DNA of 64,000 nucleotides from positions 806,001-870,000 of the forward strand of contig BROI01000005.1 of assembly GCA_027923505.1 (NCBI GenBank), in the 5' to 3' direction. The position numbers and the translations under genes were made by a program. This document shows positions 43,841-56,109 of the stretch, piece after piece. How positions within the stretch are numbered: position 1 is the first letter of the stretch; each line of letters opens with the position of its first letter. This stretch comes from Mayamaea pseudoterrestris. Its lineage: Eukaryota. The notes below the pieces were generated by a model. It ran no database searches. It saw only the letters and a list, made by a program, of their open reading frames with translations, and had not been told where the DNA came from.

Positions 43841-46090
43841 ATGATGCAAGCTGACAATGCTAGCGTACTGGACAAGAAGGAAGAGGCACCAGTGGATCAC
43901 ACTGATTCACATGGCACAAGTAGCGATGACCTTGACGAAAAAATCTCGCGATACAAGGAGTTTATCAAGGCGGAAGAATACTCTCTGATACGCGAGACAT
44001 TCTTTCTACTGCAAGGCATTAGTGGAAAGCGACTGAAGTTGCAGCAAGACGGAAGATTGCTCATAAAAAGTCCAGCCGCCACTGCTCCCTTGATTTCGCT
44101 GCTGCAACCAACGCGCATTGGAAGCGGCTGTCAGGATGCGTTCCAGCAACTTGGAGAAGCGGGGCGGCTATACAATCGCTGTAAAGCCTTTGTCGAACGA
44201 AGAACCGATTCGGTGGTCTTGCGCGCTCTCCAGCAAGCTACTAACGTTCATTTACAATCGTACTTGGAGTACTTGGCGCAACTCGAACGCAACAATCCAA
44301 ACATTAGTTTACGCAGAATTTTAGTCGAGACGCGGCCAACCCGTCAGCACTTATATTCATTAGCGCTTGTCGTTGAAGGCGTCATGCACTTGACTGGACC
44401 TGATGTACTATCGGCACTGGTAATGCACGCGCAACATGGCAACGTCAAGCACGCCGACTTGGTCCAGTCGCTCCTGCATGCGGCGGCGAAACCGTGGTGG
44501 AACTTGACGAGTCAGTGGGTGACGCGAGGGAGTCTACTTGTCAGTGCAACGTCGCTCGACTTTTTCGTGTCGGCTGTTGACGGAGTAGATGCCAAGGATT
44601 TGTGGAGCAAGGGCTACGCGTTGCACGTTGATCGAGTACCGACTATATTTGATCAAGAGATTGTGGAACAGGCCTACCAGGTTGGCAAGGGCGTCAACTA
44701 CATTCGACGCGTCTTGTGCGAGGAAACATGGTGTTTGAAAATCGACGATGATAAGAGCGACGACCAAGCTGCTGGCAATGATTCGCCAGAAACATCCAAT
44801 CGCCTCACCATGTATGATATGCGACGTACTATCCGGCATGCGTCAACGCAAGTTCATTCGTGCATTCTTGACTCATTGCGAAGTAAGTATCTACTCATGG
44901 ACCACATGAACGCATTGAAGCAGTTTCTGTTACTTGGGCAAGGTGACTTTTATTCGGCATTGATGGATGGTCTGCACGCGGAATATGGGTTTTACGATAA
45001 CAATGGCAAGATTGTTTATCGATACGATGTCGTATCAATCATGGAGACGGCGCTGCAAAATACGAATGCGAGCGACTTTAATGACGATGTGCTTGGACGA
45101 CTGCAAGTCAAACTACGATACGACCAAAACGATGACAGCAAGTACATGTTTGGTGCGCCAAAAGCCGATGCCAAGTCTGTGTGGGATTTGTTCGGCCTTG
45201 AGTACACGCTACCTGATCCGCTTGTCGCAGTTGTTGACGAACGTTGCATGCGAAACTATAACGAATTGTTTCTGTATCTGTTTGGCGTAAAACGAGTTGA
45301 ATACATGCTCCACATGACATGGCGGCAGAGCGCAGTTCTTCAGCATGCTGTAGAGGTGGTTGCGCAAACGAGCGCCATCAAGGTGACAAACAATGCAGCA
45401 TATGCTCGAGCAAACATATTTCTTCGACAAGTTGCCATGACGCGACAAGCCATGACTCATTTTGTAGTCAACTTGAAGAATTACTTATTTTTCGAGGTTT
45501 TGGAAGGTGGCTGGGATAGGCTTGCTGTAAAAATGGAGAGAGCAGAAGCTTTAGACGAGGTGGTTCATGCACACGGCGAGTACCTTGAGACGATCAAGCG
45601 CAAAAGTTTGCTACCAGCCAATTTAAAGTCAGATGGCACTGCTGAAAATACCTCTACCCTGGGCGAGCATCTTCATGAACTGCTAAAACTTGCCAAAATG
45701 TTTTGCGACTACCAGCATCAAGTGTTTGCATCAGCTCTCGTCGCTGTGGATATTGCCGCCGAGAAGCGAAGGATTGCAGAGAAACGGGTTGACCATGGTA
45801 GCTGGGGGTTTGAGGCGAAGGAGTCAATTGAACAGGAAACGTTCTTTGGTTTGTCAGACACTGCAGAATTGGAAAGCGTCGGAGATTTATCGAGCGAATT
45901 TGATCGGCAAATCAAGCAGCTAATTGTTTCTATTGATCAAAAGCTCCGGGGTGGCTCTGTCTGGTCTGATAGCACTGCGCAACGACATGGAGGTGAACGC
46001 GGTGAGATCGATTACGAGGGTCGAGACGATTTGGATTCCCTACGCTTCTTAAAGTTCCAGCTGGCTGGAAATGGGTACTATGATAACTAG
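43841..46090 (+). CDS. GCP3: Gamma-tubulin complex component (Spc98/GCP3-like)
   Basis: LIRETFFLLQGISG, LGEAGRLY, VGKGVNYIR, LKQFLLLGQGDF, WDLFGLEY, FEVLEGGW, AHGEYL. Confidence 0.85.
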   Translation: MMQADNASVLDKKEEAPVDHTDSHGTSSDDLDEKISRYKEFIKAEEYSLIRETFFLLQGISGKRLKLQQDGRLLIKSPAATAPLISLLQPTRIGSGCQDAFQQLGEAGRLYNRCKAFVERRTDSVVLRALQQATNVHLQSYLEYLAQLERNNPNISLRRILVETRPTRQHLYSLALVVEGVMHLTGPDVLSALVMHAQHGNVKHADLVQSLLHAAAKPWWNLTSQWVTRGSLLVSATSLDFFVSAVDGVDAKDLWSKGYALHVDRVPTIFDQEIVEQAYQVGKGVNYIRRVLCEETWCLKIDDDKSDDQAAGNDSPETSNRLTMYDMRRTIRHASTQVHSCILDSLRSKYLLMDHMNALKQFLLLGQGDFYSALMDGLHAEYGFYDNNGKIVYRYDVVSIMETALQNTNASDFNDDVLGRLQVKLRYDQNDDSKYMFGAPKADAKSVWDLFGLEYTLPDPLVAVVDERCMRNYNELFLYLFGVKRVEYMLHMTWRQSAVLQHAVEVVAQTSAIKVTNNAAYARANIFLRQVAMTRQAMTHFVVNLKNYLFFEVLEGGWDRLAVKMERAEALDEVVHAHGEYLETIKRKSLLPANLKSDGTAENTSTLGEHLHELLKLAKMFCDYQHQVFASALVAVDIAAEKRRIAEKRVDHGSWGFEAKESIEQETFFGLSDTAELESVGDLSSEFDRQIKQLIVSIDQKLRGGSVWSDSTAQRHGGERGEIDYEGRDDLDSLRFLKFQLAGNGYYDN

Positions 46091-46116
46091 TTTTATCTAA
46101 TTAAACGTCTTAAATT

Positions 46117-48531
46117 TTACGCGGCGGTTACTCCTTCCATGACAATCGCTCCAGTAATTTCACTCGGCAAATCATCCTCATCCTCGTCAGTGAGACCATG
46201 CTCAAGGTCGAACTCTCTCTTGGCACGCTTCGGTGGGGATGCTTCGCCGGCATGCCTATAATCAAGCGAGTCATAATATGCTTTCAGGATCTGCTCGGAC
46301 TGCTGTTCATCAATGCCTAAATCGAGAACATCTTCATCGAGCCGTCGCTTAAGTGTCTTTAAATCAGTACGCATTTCCGAAACGAGAGCCTCGACACGCG
46401 CCGCTCGCTCCTGCGTTGACACATAGGTCCTCTCGTTCATAAGCCGCAATCGTCTCTGCCTGTATAATTGATTCTTGAGCTGAAGGACAGTGGCTTCTAA
46501 ACGTAAATTGTCTTCGTACACATCTTCTCGCTCGCGGACTTCCTTAGTAACCCCTTCATTATCCTTTTCACCCAGAATGCCAGCCCCCTGGTATAGTACC
46601 GAGTCAAATTCCTTATCGAGTTCGTCAATGGTCATGTGAGCAAGTAGCGCCCCGCGACCAGCTGCCGTAGGGAACATGCCAGCGCCAAACGGAATCATTG
46701 ACGAGCCAGTCGGCAGGCCATGCTCCGTATCCACCGCCTCAGCTCTTTCATTCGCAACGACCCCAGCCAAACGCACCGAGTTATAAGCAGACATGGCCGC
46801 GCAGTCGACAATTGTTCCCATTGCTACTCCAGTTTCTGCAAGTCCCTTCCATCGCTGCGCCAGGCGTTCCTCCGAATATGATAGAATCGATTTTTCTTTG
46901 CTCACGACAGCGCCAACTGGAAAGTAGCCAACTCCAAAAGGTAAACGGACAGCGATGCGAGGCACTAAATAGCCGACACTGACGTTAAGCTTATCACTCG
47001 GGTTCTTGTCAGCTAAGGCAGTCTCATCAGTCTCATCGACTTGCATTGCATCAGCGTCCTTCGTGGCAGCTTTGCCAAGCAACGCACTCGGAACCGCTGC
47101 CTCGGGATCCACCCTTTCTATACCAAGCACGGCAAGAACATTCCCCTGCCCATATGGCGTTTCAACGTGATCACCGGGGACAATCCACGCCGACGCAAGC
47201 TTGGTAGGTTTAACTTCCGTCGAGCGTTCCCAATCAATGAAATTAACGGCACCAACTCCGCCGACTCCGTGGCTGCCAACAATCTCGTCGTCGTCGATTT
47301 CCATCATGCTGTTAAAAGAAATCCCCTTGGCTTCCATTTCCAATCCCTTGCTTTGCATTACCGCCAGTACCTCACGCATCATGCTAAAGGCATTGTTTTT
47401 GGAGAATCCAGCCTTGTTGCGCGTACGCGTCGCCGTCGACAAGCCTGCCAAATCCAAACACGCTCTTTGAACGCCATCCAGTTCATTCGACAAGCAATCC
47501 CATTCCTGCTTTTGCGCCTGCAAATGAAGTAAATAGTTGCGTCTCACCAACGACTCGACCGCCTTGACGCGCACCAGCTCCGTTTGCGCCCGCGCCAATT
47601 CCTCGCGCGTCTTGTGCACCGTGCGTCGATAGTTGCGCAGGTCCGTGTCAATGTCGGCTGGTCGTCGCTCCCAGCGCACCATGCGGTGCTTCTTCTTGCT
47701 GCCGACAGATTCGGGTGGCCGCGGCGGATCAAAAGCGGTGATGGAATCAATCATGTTTGGCGGAGCTGGTGTAGTGGAAGAACTACTAGTGGTATTAGCG
47801 CTTGATGACGATGCATCCGGAGGAGGCGGAGCAAAGGCAGAGCTTGGTACATTCAGCTGCACTCCAGTGCCACGGATATCAATTTGGACTGTGCCTGCAG
47901 TCTTTTTCGATAACGAGCCATCCGCTGCTGCATCGGTCATAAGAGCGTCGGCATCGTACTTCAGACTCGACGCGTCATCATCCTTGCCGTCCGCAGCTGC
48001 TGCGGATGCACCGTCCAAAACATTCTTTCTGCTACTACTAACACCTGCAGTGGCACTCATGAGTGCGAGATCCGCCTTGACTTGCTGCTTCTTCAACGCC
48101 TGCATGCCCTCCACGGCTGGAACGTAGCGCGTCCGGGTACGTCGCTCCTCCTCGGTGATACTGTCCGACAGGAACGAGTTTTGCAGAACGGCTCGCTCGC
48201 GATGCAAGGGCAACTCGCCCAGGGCCTGGCGCGCCAGTCGTTCCAATGGATCAATGGAAGCAGAATTGTGATCAATGGTGCGACCGCGCGTGGAGTAAAT
48301 CTGCGGCTGCTGCTGCGGCTCTGGTTCTTGCTCGTCTGGCTGCTTGTCATTATCTCCTCCTTCTACTGCTTCTGCTTCCTCGAATGGACTGTGCTCGTCG
48401 GGCTGCTCGATGGGATCGTCGGCCATGTCGGCTGGCAATTCGACATTCTCAAAAGTTCCAGTAGCTTGAGGTAAAGTCTCCTCTTCGATAGCAGTTTCCA
48501 TAGCGTCCGGGTCCAAATCAGGTTCCGACAT
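46117..48531 (-). CDS. Hypothetical coiled-coil protein with SH3/Tudor-like insert
   Basis: 804-aa ORF; acidic N-terminus, two coiled coils, PGDHVETPYGQGNV...VRLPFGVGYF barrel-like motif, NLS-like PPKRAKR. Confidence 0.75.
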   Translation of the reverse strand: MSEPDLDPDAMETAIEEETLPQATGTFENVELPADMADDPIEQPDEHSPFEEAEAVEGGDNDKQPDEQEPEPQQQPQIYSTRGRTIDHNSASIDPLERLARQALGELPLHRERAVLQNSFLSDSITEEERRTRTRYVPAVEGMQALKKQQVKADLALMSATAGVSSSRKNVLDGASAAAADGKDDDASSLKYDADALMTDAAADGSLSKKTAGTVQIDIRGTGVQLNVPSSAFAPPPPDASSSSANTTSSSSTTPAPPNMIDSITAFDPPRPPESVGSKKKHRMVRWERRPADIDTDLRNYRRTVHKTREELARAQTELVRVKAVESLVRRNYLLHLQAQKQEWDCLSNELDGVQRACLDLAGLSTATRTRNKAGFSKNNAFSMMREVLAVMQSKGLEMEAKGISFNSMMEIDDDEIVGSHGVGGVGAVNFIDWERSTEVKPTKLASAWIVPGDHVETPYGQGNVLAVLGIERVDPEAAVPSALLGKAATKDADAMQVDETDETALADKNPSDKLNVSVGYLVPRIAVRLPFGVGYFPVGAVVSKEKSILSYSEERLAQRWKGLAETGVAMGTIVDCAAMSAYNSVRLAGVVANERAEAVDTEHGLPTGSSMIPFGAGMFPTAAGRGALLAHMTIDELDKEFDSVLYQGAGILGEKDNEGVTKEVREREDVYEDNLRLEATVLQLKNQLYRQRRLRLMNERTYVSTQERAARVEALVSEMRTDLKTLKRRLDEDVLDLGIDEQQSEQILKAYYDSLDYRHAGEASPPKRAKREFDLEHGLTDEDEDDLPSEITGAIVMEGVTAA

Positions 48532-49279
48532 TTTCTATCGCTATGATGGAGAGTAACAGAGACGACTTTTTGAGATCAAGTGTAAATGGCAAAAGTTGCA
48601 AGGTGCGTAGCGCTCATGGCTGGCGCGAGGAATCAAAGTGTGTCACGTGTGCCACCGAACGAGGAGGAGGAGGAGAGCTTTCGACGGCGAGCAAAACATT
48701 CCTACCAGACCGATTTCTTACCTAATATCTCTGCCTTCCCTTTCAATACTCTTACGATAGTATAACTTTAATGACAGCCCAGTTTGTCCTATAGGTCTGC
48801 AGTGAGCCAAGCAATCGGCGCTCGCATTTGCGGCGACGAAATCGAAACGACGATGATGCTTTCCGAGGGCATGGTTTAGCGTCTTGTGGGGCTTATGTGT
48901 TCTTGGCGCGCAAGCCTCACTTGGAAACTCCGTCATTCTCGCTGCGACATTTGGATCATTCAAGACTGAAAACCCGGAGGAGGCGGATACATGCCACTCG
49001 CGCGCGTGCCGGGCCTGGCGAATGGCTCGCAGCAATTGCACACAAACAACGCCATGGGGATCGAGGAAGGTATCTACGACCTTGCGGATACTCGTTGACC
49101 CCTTGAATCGACAATTTGAAAGCACGAAACGCAATCGAAGAAGAAAATCTTCCCTTTCTTGTGGAACGAAGTGAAGAAGAGTAGCGTCGCTTGCACCCTT
49201 TCAACTGTCAAGAAGTTTCCATTGCAACTCGGCTCAGCAGGCTTCAACTCGATCAGCAGTCAGCAGCCGCTGCAACAAC

Positions 49280-50759
49280 ATGACAGCTCCTGATCCTCCT
49301 GGTGCAGAATTCGAAGCGGAAGCTCCTCCTCCAGATTCGTCTCCATCTTCGGATCCAGGCAATCACGCGAATGCTCCTAATAGTGCCTACAGAGCATGGC
49401 CAGGAAGTCCCATGCTTCCCTACCATATGATGCCTGCATATCCGCCGCCGCCAGCCTACCCGATGCACTGGGGACCTCCTCCTCCGTTACCGCCGCTTCC
49501 GCAATCCAGCATTGACAATGGCGGCGATAGTAGCAACGTCGACAATGAGCAGCAGCAGCACCATCCGCCTCCACCGCCGCCGCATCCATACTATCCACCC
49601 GGATACGCCGCATACCCGCCTCATCCGTACATGATGATGCATCCAACTCACGCGCCGCACCACCCACACATGATGCCTCATCCAGCCTACATGCATCAGT
49701 ATCAGTATCCTCCTCCACTGCCTCCACACATGATGCAACCGCCGCCGCCGCAGCAACATTCCTCCGAAATGACTCCTCACCATCAACCTTACTACCACCA
49801 TCAGCAGCATCCCAAGCATCACTTGGATCATAATATTTTGCAGCAACACATTTTCGAGGATGGCTTGCCCAACAATCCAAACTCGCCCATTAAGCGGCAG
49901 CAGAATGGTAATCAATACAAGACGGGGCGATGGTCCTTTGACGAGAAGCTGCTGTTTCTGTTTGGACTGGCGCGGTTCGGCAAGGGCAAGTGGAAAAAGA
50001 TTTCAGCCTATCTGCCGCAGCGGTGAGTTCAAACTGTTTTAAGCGACAGAGCTTGCTTGCTGGTGGATTGCAACTGCTTTGTCAAGCTCATACAATTCTA
50101 ACTTGCATTCATGTATTCTCATTCATGTATTTGTCAATTACAGATCACTCATTCAAATCAAGAGCCACGCCCAAAAGGTGCTCAAGCGCGAGGCGGCTGG
50201 CGAAAACGTCATGCGACGGCTCGACGAAAACAAGCCGCGGGTGGAGCTACTCGTGGGAAGGGCGCATGCAAGGCTGGGTGGACCGCCGCCCGTGCGGTCG
50301 CCGCCCAAGCGCAAGCGAAACTCGCTGCCGGATGATGATCAAGGAGAAGATGGCGAAAATGACGATGATGACGACGAAAATGACAATAAAGAGAAGGAGC
50401 AAGAAAATGAAAACAAAAAGAATGGAGGAGACGCACCTACTAGTAGGAAGAAAGATGAAGTCGACAGCAAGATTCCGAGGAAAGAAACGATTGGTCGTGA
50501 AAACGAAAAGTTGGTTGTTGCCAGAGACCACGACGAGGGAACGAAAGATGAGATTCACCACGACGAAGCTGACGAAGAGTCACCACCAAAGCGTCGCAAG
50601 ACTCGTGCAACATACATGGATGCGGCATCAGTACTTTGCCAGATGGTCGGCAAGGAAGGCCACCACGAGACGGATCGAATCGATACGCGCGCCACGATCG
50701 GGCTGGCACCGACTCCAATGAAGAGCATGGCGGAAAGTGAGCGTTTGGGTGCCGAGTAG
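49280..50759 (+). CDS. MYB-related (SHAQK-class, 1R) transcription factor; exons 49280-50022, 50144-50759 (452 aa)
   Basis: TGRWSFDEKLLFLFGLARFGKGKWKKISAYLPQR|SLIQIKSHAQK across GT-AG intron 50023-50143; Pro/His-rich N-terminus. Confidence 0.92.
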
Positions 50760-50820
50760 GGGTAAAGTGTTCTGATTTTTCCATTTAATTAATGTACATG
50801 TGCGCTTTAAGCAGTTTCCA

Positions 50821-52968
50821 CTATATTCTAACGCCAATCAAGTGGTATGTGGCGCTTTCTGTAATCTCGACTTGAACAGTTTTGCCTCGTAGTTCGTCAA
50901 TGTCGCCAGAGCAGTAGACAATGTAGCCGTGCCGTGTGCGACCCATGACTTGCGTTGGAATCTTGACATTGCGTTCTTCAATCAGCACATCAACGACTCT
51001 GCCTACCATGCGGGCTCGCCGCTGGGCGGCGTGCTTCAGATTCACAACGTTGATTCGCTGCAGCCGCTCCTGCTTGACACTCTCGTCAATCTGATTTTCC
51101 CACGTGGCCGCGGGAGTATTAGGACGAGGCGAGTAGGCTGCCGTGTTGACAGAGTCAAACACAACTTTTTCCATGAGCGACAAGGTTTCCAGAAATTGCT
51201 CCTCCGTTTCTCCGGGAAAACCAACAATCGCGTCGGCAGTAATTGCCGCATCGGGTATCTTGGATCGAATGCGATCAATAATGTGCAAGTACTTTTCTCG
51301 CGTGTGACCTCGTCCCATGGCAGCTAAGACTTGCGTCGATCCACTCTGAAACGGAATGTGGAAGCATTCGCAGGCAGTGCCTGTTTCCGCAACCGCATCC
51401 ACCACGCCGAGCGACATGTAGCGCGGATGCGATGTCACGAATCGTAAGCGATCCAATCCAGGTATACTTCCAACGGTTCGTATTAGATCGGAAAACTTGC
51501 GCTTTGGAACCATGTCGCGGCCATAGTCATCAATGTTTTGACCAAGTAGCGTCACTTCCTTGTAGCCTTGCTCCACCAGCTCGTTGACTTCTTTAACAAT
51601 GCTTTCCATTGGCCGCGACTGCTCAATGCCTCGCGTCGCTGGCACAACACAAAAGGCGCATCGCTCGTTGCAGCCATAGATGACATTGACCCACGCCGCC
51701 ACGGTGGATTGTCGTCGCGGCTTGGTCGAATCTTCCATAATATGCGTCGCTTCCGTCGCCACCACTTGATTGCCGTTGCTACAATCTTCCAGCAAATCGG
51801 CAATGCGATTGGCATACTGCGGTCCCATGACAAGGTCCACCTCGGGGCATTTGCGCAGCAGCATTTCACCCTCCTGCTGCGCCACGCAGCCAGCGACAAT
51901 AATCGTCACGTCTTGGCCTTCGCGCTTGCGCTTGGTATGTGGACCCAAGTAGCTGTATACCTTTTGCTCGGCGTGGTCGCGAATGGAGCAAGTGTTCAAA
52001 ATGACAATGTCGGGTTGTTGCTTGCTGGTGGTGCGTATACTGTCAATTGGGTGAATGCCAAGGCTCTGCAATTGTCCTTCAATGCGCTCCGAGTCTGCCA
52101 AGTTCATTTGACAGCCCATGCTGCTGAGCGAGTATGTCAAGCCTGTAGATGATGCGCTGCTGTTTTTGTTGTCAATGTTATTGTCAATGTTTCGTCTTCG
52201 ATGCTCCAAAAAGGATGCTAGCTTTGGCGACGTTGGCTTGTGTCGACGCTGCTTGACGTAGCTCATTTTGCGAACGTCCGCCATGACGTCGACAATCTGC
52301 ACCAAGTGAAAGCCTCGGGTTGACTCGACCATGACCACGTCGCCAGGTTTGGTCGACATTTGCACTAGTTGCTGACGCGCTGCTCGAGGAATGAGTTCGT
52401 CCAAGTGGTCTTCGTTGCTGTTCGAGCTGTCGTCGTGATCCTCGTCATCATTGACATTCTCCGCGTCATTTCCACCAACATTGACCCATCCGATCGCTCC
52501 TCCCTTGTCGCGCGTCAAACTGCAGGCGCTCACCATTTTGGCCAGTTGCTCAAACTCCAAGGTGGCGCTCCGCAAGTCATGCAGACTGGCCAAAGCGAGT
52601 GGTTCCGTCGCAAACAGCACGTGCTTCAGTCGCACCGCCTGCAAATGCTTGCGGGCCGCGCCGGAGGCGATAATCTTGCGCGAGTCCACTTCGGATCCGC
52701 GAGTCGTCGGGTACTTTGATGCAGTGCGTTGCTGCTGCTGCTGGGGAGTCTCAAGGACCATATTTAGTTGCGCAACTGCAACTCGTTGATTTTGTTGATG
52801 GAACAAGGCATTATGAAGGCGCAATGGCGCAAAACCATTCACAAGTTTTGGCAGAAGAATCAGCAGCGCTACTAGGCGTCTATATTCCATTCGTCGAGCC
52901 ATCGTCCCTGACAAAGTGTATTGTAATTGCCTTGATAAGGGGTGCAGCAATGATAGAGGTCGGCTCAT
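50821..52968 (-). CDS. miaB: Plastid-targeted parvulin (PpiC)-MiaB fusion; tRNA-i6A37 methylthiotransferase
   Basis: MGCQMN, NTCSIR, AGCVAQ (UPF0004), GCNERCAFC (radical SAM) and a TRAM end; upstream LKHVLF...LAKMVSAC...GGAIGWV...[11 protein letters not shown] (parvulin); VNG-FAP signal. The real start may be 52902 or 52890. Confidence 0.93.
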   Translation of the reverse strand: MSRPLSLLHPLSRQLQYTLSGTMARRMEYRRLVALLILLPKLVNGFAPLRLHNALFHQQNQRVAVAQLNMVLETPQQQQQRTASKYPTTRGSEVDSRKIIASGAARKHLQAVRLKHVLFATEPLALASLHDLRSATLEFEQLAKMVSACSLTRDKGGAIGWVNVGGNDAENVNDDEDHDDSSNSNEDHLDELIPRAARQQLVQMSTKPGDVVMVESTRGFHLVQIVDVMADVRKMSYVKQRRHKPTSPKLASFLEHRRRNIDNNIDNKNSSASSTGLTYSLSSMGCQMNLADSERIEGQLQSLGIHPIDSIRTTSKQQPDIVILNTCSIRDHAEQKVYSYLGPHTKRKREGQDVTIIVAGCVAQQEGEMLLRKCPEVDLVMGPQYANRIADLLEDCSNGNQVVATEATHIMEDSTKPRRQSTVAAWVNVIYGCNERCAFCVVPATRGIEQSRPMESIVKEVNELVEQGYKEVTLLGQNIDDYGRDMVPKRKFSDLIRTVGSIPGLDRLRFVTSHPRYMSLGVVDAVAETGTACECFHIPFQSGSTQVLAAMGRGHTREKYLHIIDRIRSKIPDAAITADAIVGFPGETEEQFLETLSLMEKVVFDSVNTAAYSPRPNTPAATWENQIDESVKQERLQRINVVNLKHAAQRRARMVGRVVDVLIEERNVKIPTQVMGRTRHGYIVYCSGDIDELRGKTVQVEITESATYHLIGVRI

Positions 52969-53050
52969 GGCTGAAGCACATCATGCTTGGCCATCAAAGA
53001 CGCGAAACGTGTTTGAAGCCGATGAGACTGTAAAACTGCTACGACACTTG

Positions 53051-53058
53051 TGACGTCA
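53051..53058. promoter_or_regulatory. Palindromic TGACGTCA (bZIP/aureochrome-type site) in the miaB-chlM divergent promoter
   Basis: Perfect 8-mer seen in a ~240-bp intergenic region; function inferred. Confidence 0.4.
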
Positions 53059-53211
53059 GCGCCAAGTTGAACTTTCCGTGGTCGATCATCGCTTGCCTCC
53101 ATGAGCCGTCACTTTTTTTGAGACTGTTCGTCGTTAGCAATCATCTCTATCCAAGTGACACTGCATTGTGGTAATCTCGCTAACTAGATACTAGGTAAAA
53201 CAGGCAGCAAC

Positions 53212-54000
53212 ATGAAACTCTCTGTTGCATTTGTCAGTCTCTGCACACTGTCGCTGTCATGGGCCTTTGCTCCGATTTCCACCGGCACGTCTTCCACCAT
53301 TAGACAACAACTTGCTCTTCAGTCTGCCGTCGACGACAAGACCGAAGTCCGCGAATACTTCAACACGGAAGGATTCAACCGATGGAACAAGATTTACTCC
53401 GACTCGGACGAGGTCAACACGGTCCAAATGGACATTCGCACCGGCCACGACCAAACCATTGCCAAAATTGTCAATTGGCTCCAGACCGACGTGAAAGGCA
53501 AGACGGTGTGCGACTGCGGATGCGGCGTCGGTAGTCTCGCCATTCCGTTGGCGCAGATGGGTGCCAAGCTTGTCAGCGCATCTGACATTAGCGACAGTAT
53601 GCAAACCGAGGCAAGTCGGCGTGCGCAAGCACTCAAAATCAAAAATGCCAAGTTCTTTACGAGTGACTTGGAGAATGTGAGTGGCAAATACGACATTGTC
53701 ACGTGCGTTGACGTTGCAATCCACTATCCGGATGAAAAGATGAAGGACATGATTGGACACTTGTGCAGTCTTTCGAACGATCGCGTCATTATCAGTTTCG
53801 CCCCCAAGACGTGGTACTATTCGTTGCTGAAAAAGTTTGGAGAGCTCTTTCCGGGACCGTCCAAGACGACGCGAGCGTATCTGCATGAGGAGAGTTTGAT
53901 TCGCGAAACACTGGCATCGTCGGGTTTTTCCGTGGTGCGGGAGGAAATGACGGCCACCAACTTTTACTTCTCGCGACTACTAGAGGCGCAACGGGTATAG
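53212..54000 (+). CDS. chlM: Magnesium-protoporphyrin IX methyltransferase, plastid-targeted
   Basis: SWA-FAP signal; EYFNTEGFNRWNKIY, VQMDIRTGH, DCGCGVGSL, CVDVAIHYP, FPGPSKTTRAYLH, FYFSRLLEA. Confidence 0.97.
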   Translation: MKLSVAFVSLCTLSLSWAFAPISTGTSSTIRQQLALQSAVDDKTEVREYFNTEGFNRWNKIYSDSDEVNTVQMDIRTGHDQTIAKIVNWLQTDVKGKTVCDCGCGVGSLAIPLAQMGAKLVSASDISDSMQTEASRRAQALKIKNAKFFTSDLENVSGKYDIVTCVDVAIHYPDEKMKDMIGHLCSLSNDRVIISFAPKTWYYSLLKKFGELFPGPSKTTRAYLHEESLIRETLASSGFSVVREEMTATNFYFSRLLEAQRV

Positions 54001-54303
54001 ACAAGGACTTTGGTAAACGAGCTTATTATAAATCAATTATAACTTGTTGAGCAACAGCGTGACAAAACGTGCATGTGATAGTTGCAGTTAGCGACGTTTC
54101 ACACCGGTGGTCGTAGCGGCACAAGCGACGTCTCATCGTAGCGGCACCCACTTGTGTTACGTCAGCGGCGCGCCATGGGGCGGTCCATCCATCTCGCACG
54201 TTTGCTTCATTCTTCACATCATCAACAACAATCGGAGAGGACTGAATCTCCTTCAATCTTACTATAATATACTACAAACCAACTACACTGTATTACAAGC
54301 ATC

Positions 54304-55940
54304 ATGCCATCATCAGTCACTTACTCTTCCACTCGCGGCGGCGAAACGAATCTCGACTTTCGCTCCGTCGTCATGCAGGGACTGGCAAGTGACCGAGGCC
54401 TCTTTGTTCCCGATACAATGCCCCAAGTCTCACTGGACGAGCTACAAGCCTGGCGCAGTCTTGGCTTCGACGAACTGGCCGTGCAAGTCATTCGCAAGTT
54501 TGTCGGCGATGATCAAGTGCCGCTGCCGACGCTGCGTGACATTGTCCGACGGTCGTGCGCGGCCTTTCGCACCAAGGAAGTCACGCCACTAGTTTCCGTC
54601 GGAGGACATCAAGTGTTGGTAAGCTTAAATGTAGTGGAGGTTTTGGCTGGTTGCAATTGAATGAATATTCGATGTCTCACATTCTCTTGTCTCAATCCAT
54701 TCATATATTACTACAGGAACTATTCCACGGCCCCACCTTTGCCTTCAAGGACGTTGCCCTCCAAATGCTTGGCAACTTTTTTGAATACTTTTTGGCCACT
54801 GGCAGCAACGGCGGTCGACTCGCCGTCTTGGGCGCCACCTCGGGAGACACGGGGTCGGCGGCCATTGCCGGTTTGCGCGGCAAGAAAGGCATTGACTGCA
54901 TCATATTGTTTCCCAATGGCCGCGTCAGCGCCATTCAGGAGCGGCAAATGACTACCATACCGGATGCCAACATTCATTGCGTCGCCATTGATGGAACCTT
55001 TGACGATTGCCAAGACTTGGTCAAGGCAAGTTTTGATACGCCAGTCTTTCGCAACAAGGTGCACTTGGGAGCCGTCAACAGCATCAACTGGTGCCGCGTG
55101 CTGGCGCAAACAACCTACTACTTTTGGAGCTACTTGCGTGTGACAGATAACGGTGACGCAGCCAGCAACGACAAGGTTTCCTTTAGCGTACCGACTGGAA
55201 ACTTTGGTGACGTATTGGCCGGATACTACGCCAAGCAAATGGGACTGCCCGTAAACAAGCTCATTGTCGCCACCAACGAGAACGACATTCTCCACCGCTT
55301 TTTCACCAAGGGCGAGTACCATCGCTACGATATTGCGCATACCATTAGTCCCAGCATGGATATTTGCGTCTCGAGCAACTTTGAGCGGTATCTATATGCA
55401 CTGGCTGGTAACGATGCCAGCCGACTGGCGGAATGGATGATTGACTTTGAGCGCACCAAGCGACTCACGATTGCCGGTGACTTGCTCGAGCAGGCGCAGT
55501 CTGATTTCGTGTCGGCCCGCGCCGATACGGACGCGACGCTGGCAGTCATCAAGGATTACTACGAAACGTACGACTATTTACTGTGTCCGCACAGCGCGGT
55601 TGGTGTCAGTGCGATTCATCAATTGAACATGGTGCAAGCCAATGTAGTTTGCTTGGCCACGGCGCACGAGGCCAAGTTTCCGGCGGCCACCAGTCGGGTC
55701 GTGGTCGATTTGCCGGAGCCGCCGCGCGAATTGGCCGTGCTGAGTGAATTGCGGACGCGTCGCTCCGAACTGCCGAACGATCTAAAGGCGGTGCAAGATT
55801 TCGTGGAGGATTGCGTGTTTAAAAAGAAAAAGAGACGTCGATTGGCCAAGTTTGTTAAGGAACCTACGTGCCTCATGGTGATTGGAGCAGTCGCCGTTGC
55901 TATATTGGTGCAGCAAGCGATCGTCAGAAGAAAGTATTAA
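54304..55940 (+). CDS. thrC: Threonine synthase (class II, yeast/proteobacterial type) with C-terminal TM; exons 54304-54618, 54717-55940 (512 aa)
   Basis: YSSTRG, GLASDRGLFVP, VL|ELFHGPTFAFKD (PLP Lys) across intron 54619-54716, ATSGDTG, NSINWCR, PTGNFG, SPSMDICVSSNFER. Confidence 0.95.
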
Positions 55941-56109
55941 GTATATACAACGTTTCTTCTTTATACATGATTATATTTCTTTGTTCACGTTGGGTTGTTC
56001 TGTTTATCAAAATTGTGCGTGTCGTTCAGTGATTCTTGTTTTCGTATGTACATGTTTGTGCGTTTTTAATTGTAGGTAATTGTCATCATTCATCCATCCA
56101 TGCATATAT

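Noticed and set aside
15034..52968. tRNA-metabolism gene cluster (YbaK fusion, TRM5, miaB)
   Set aside because: The genes are spread over ~38 kb among unrelated genes, which is consistent with chance.
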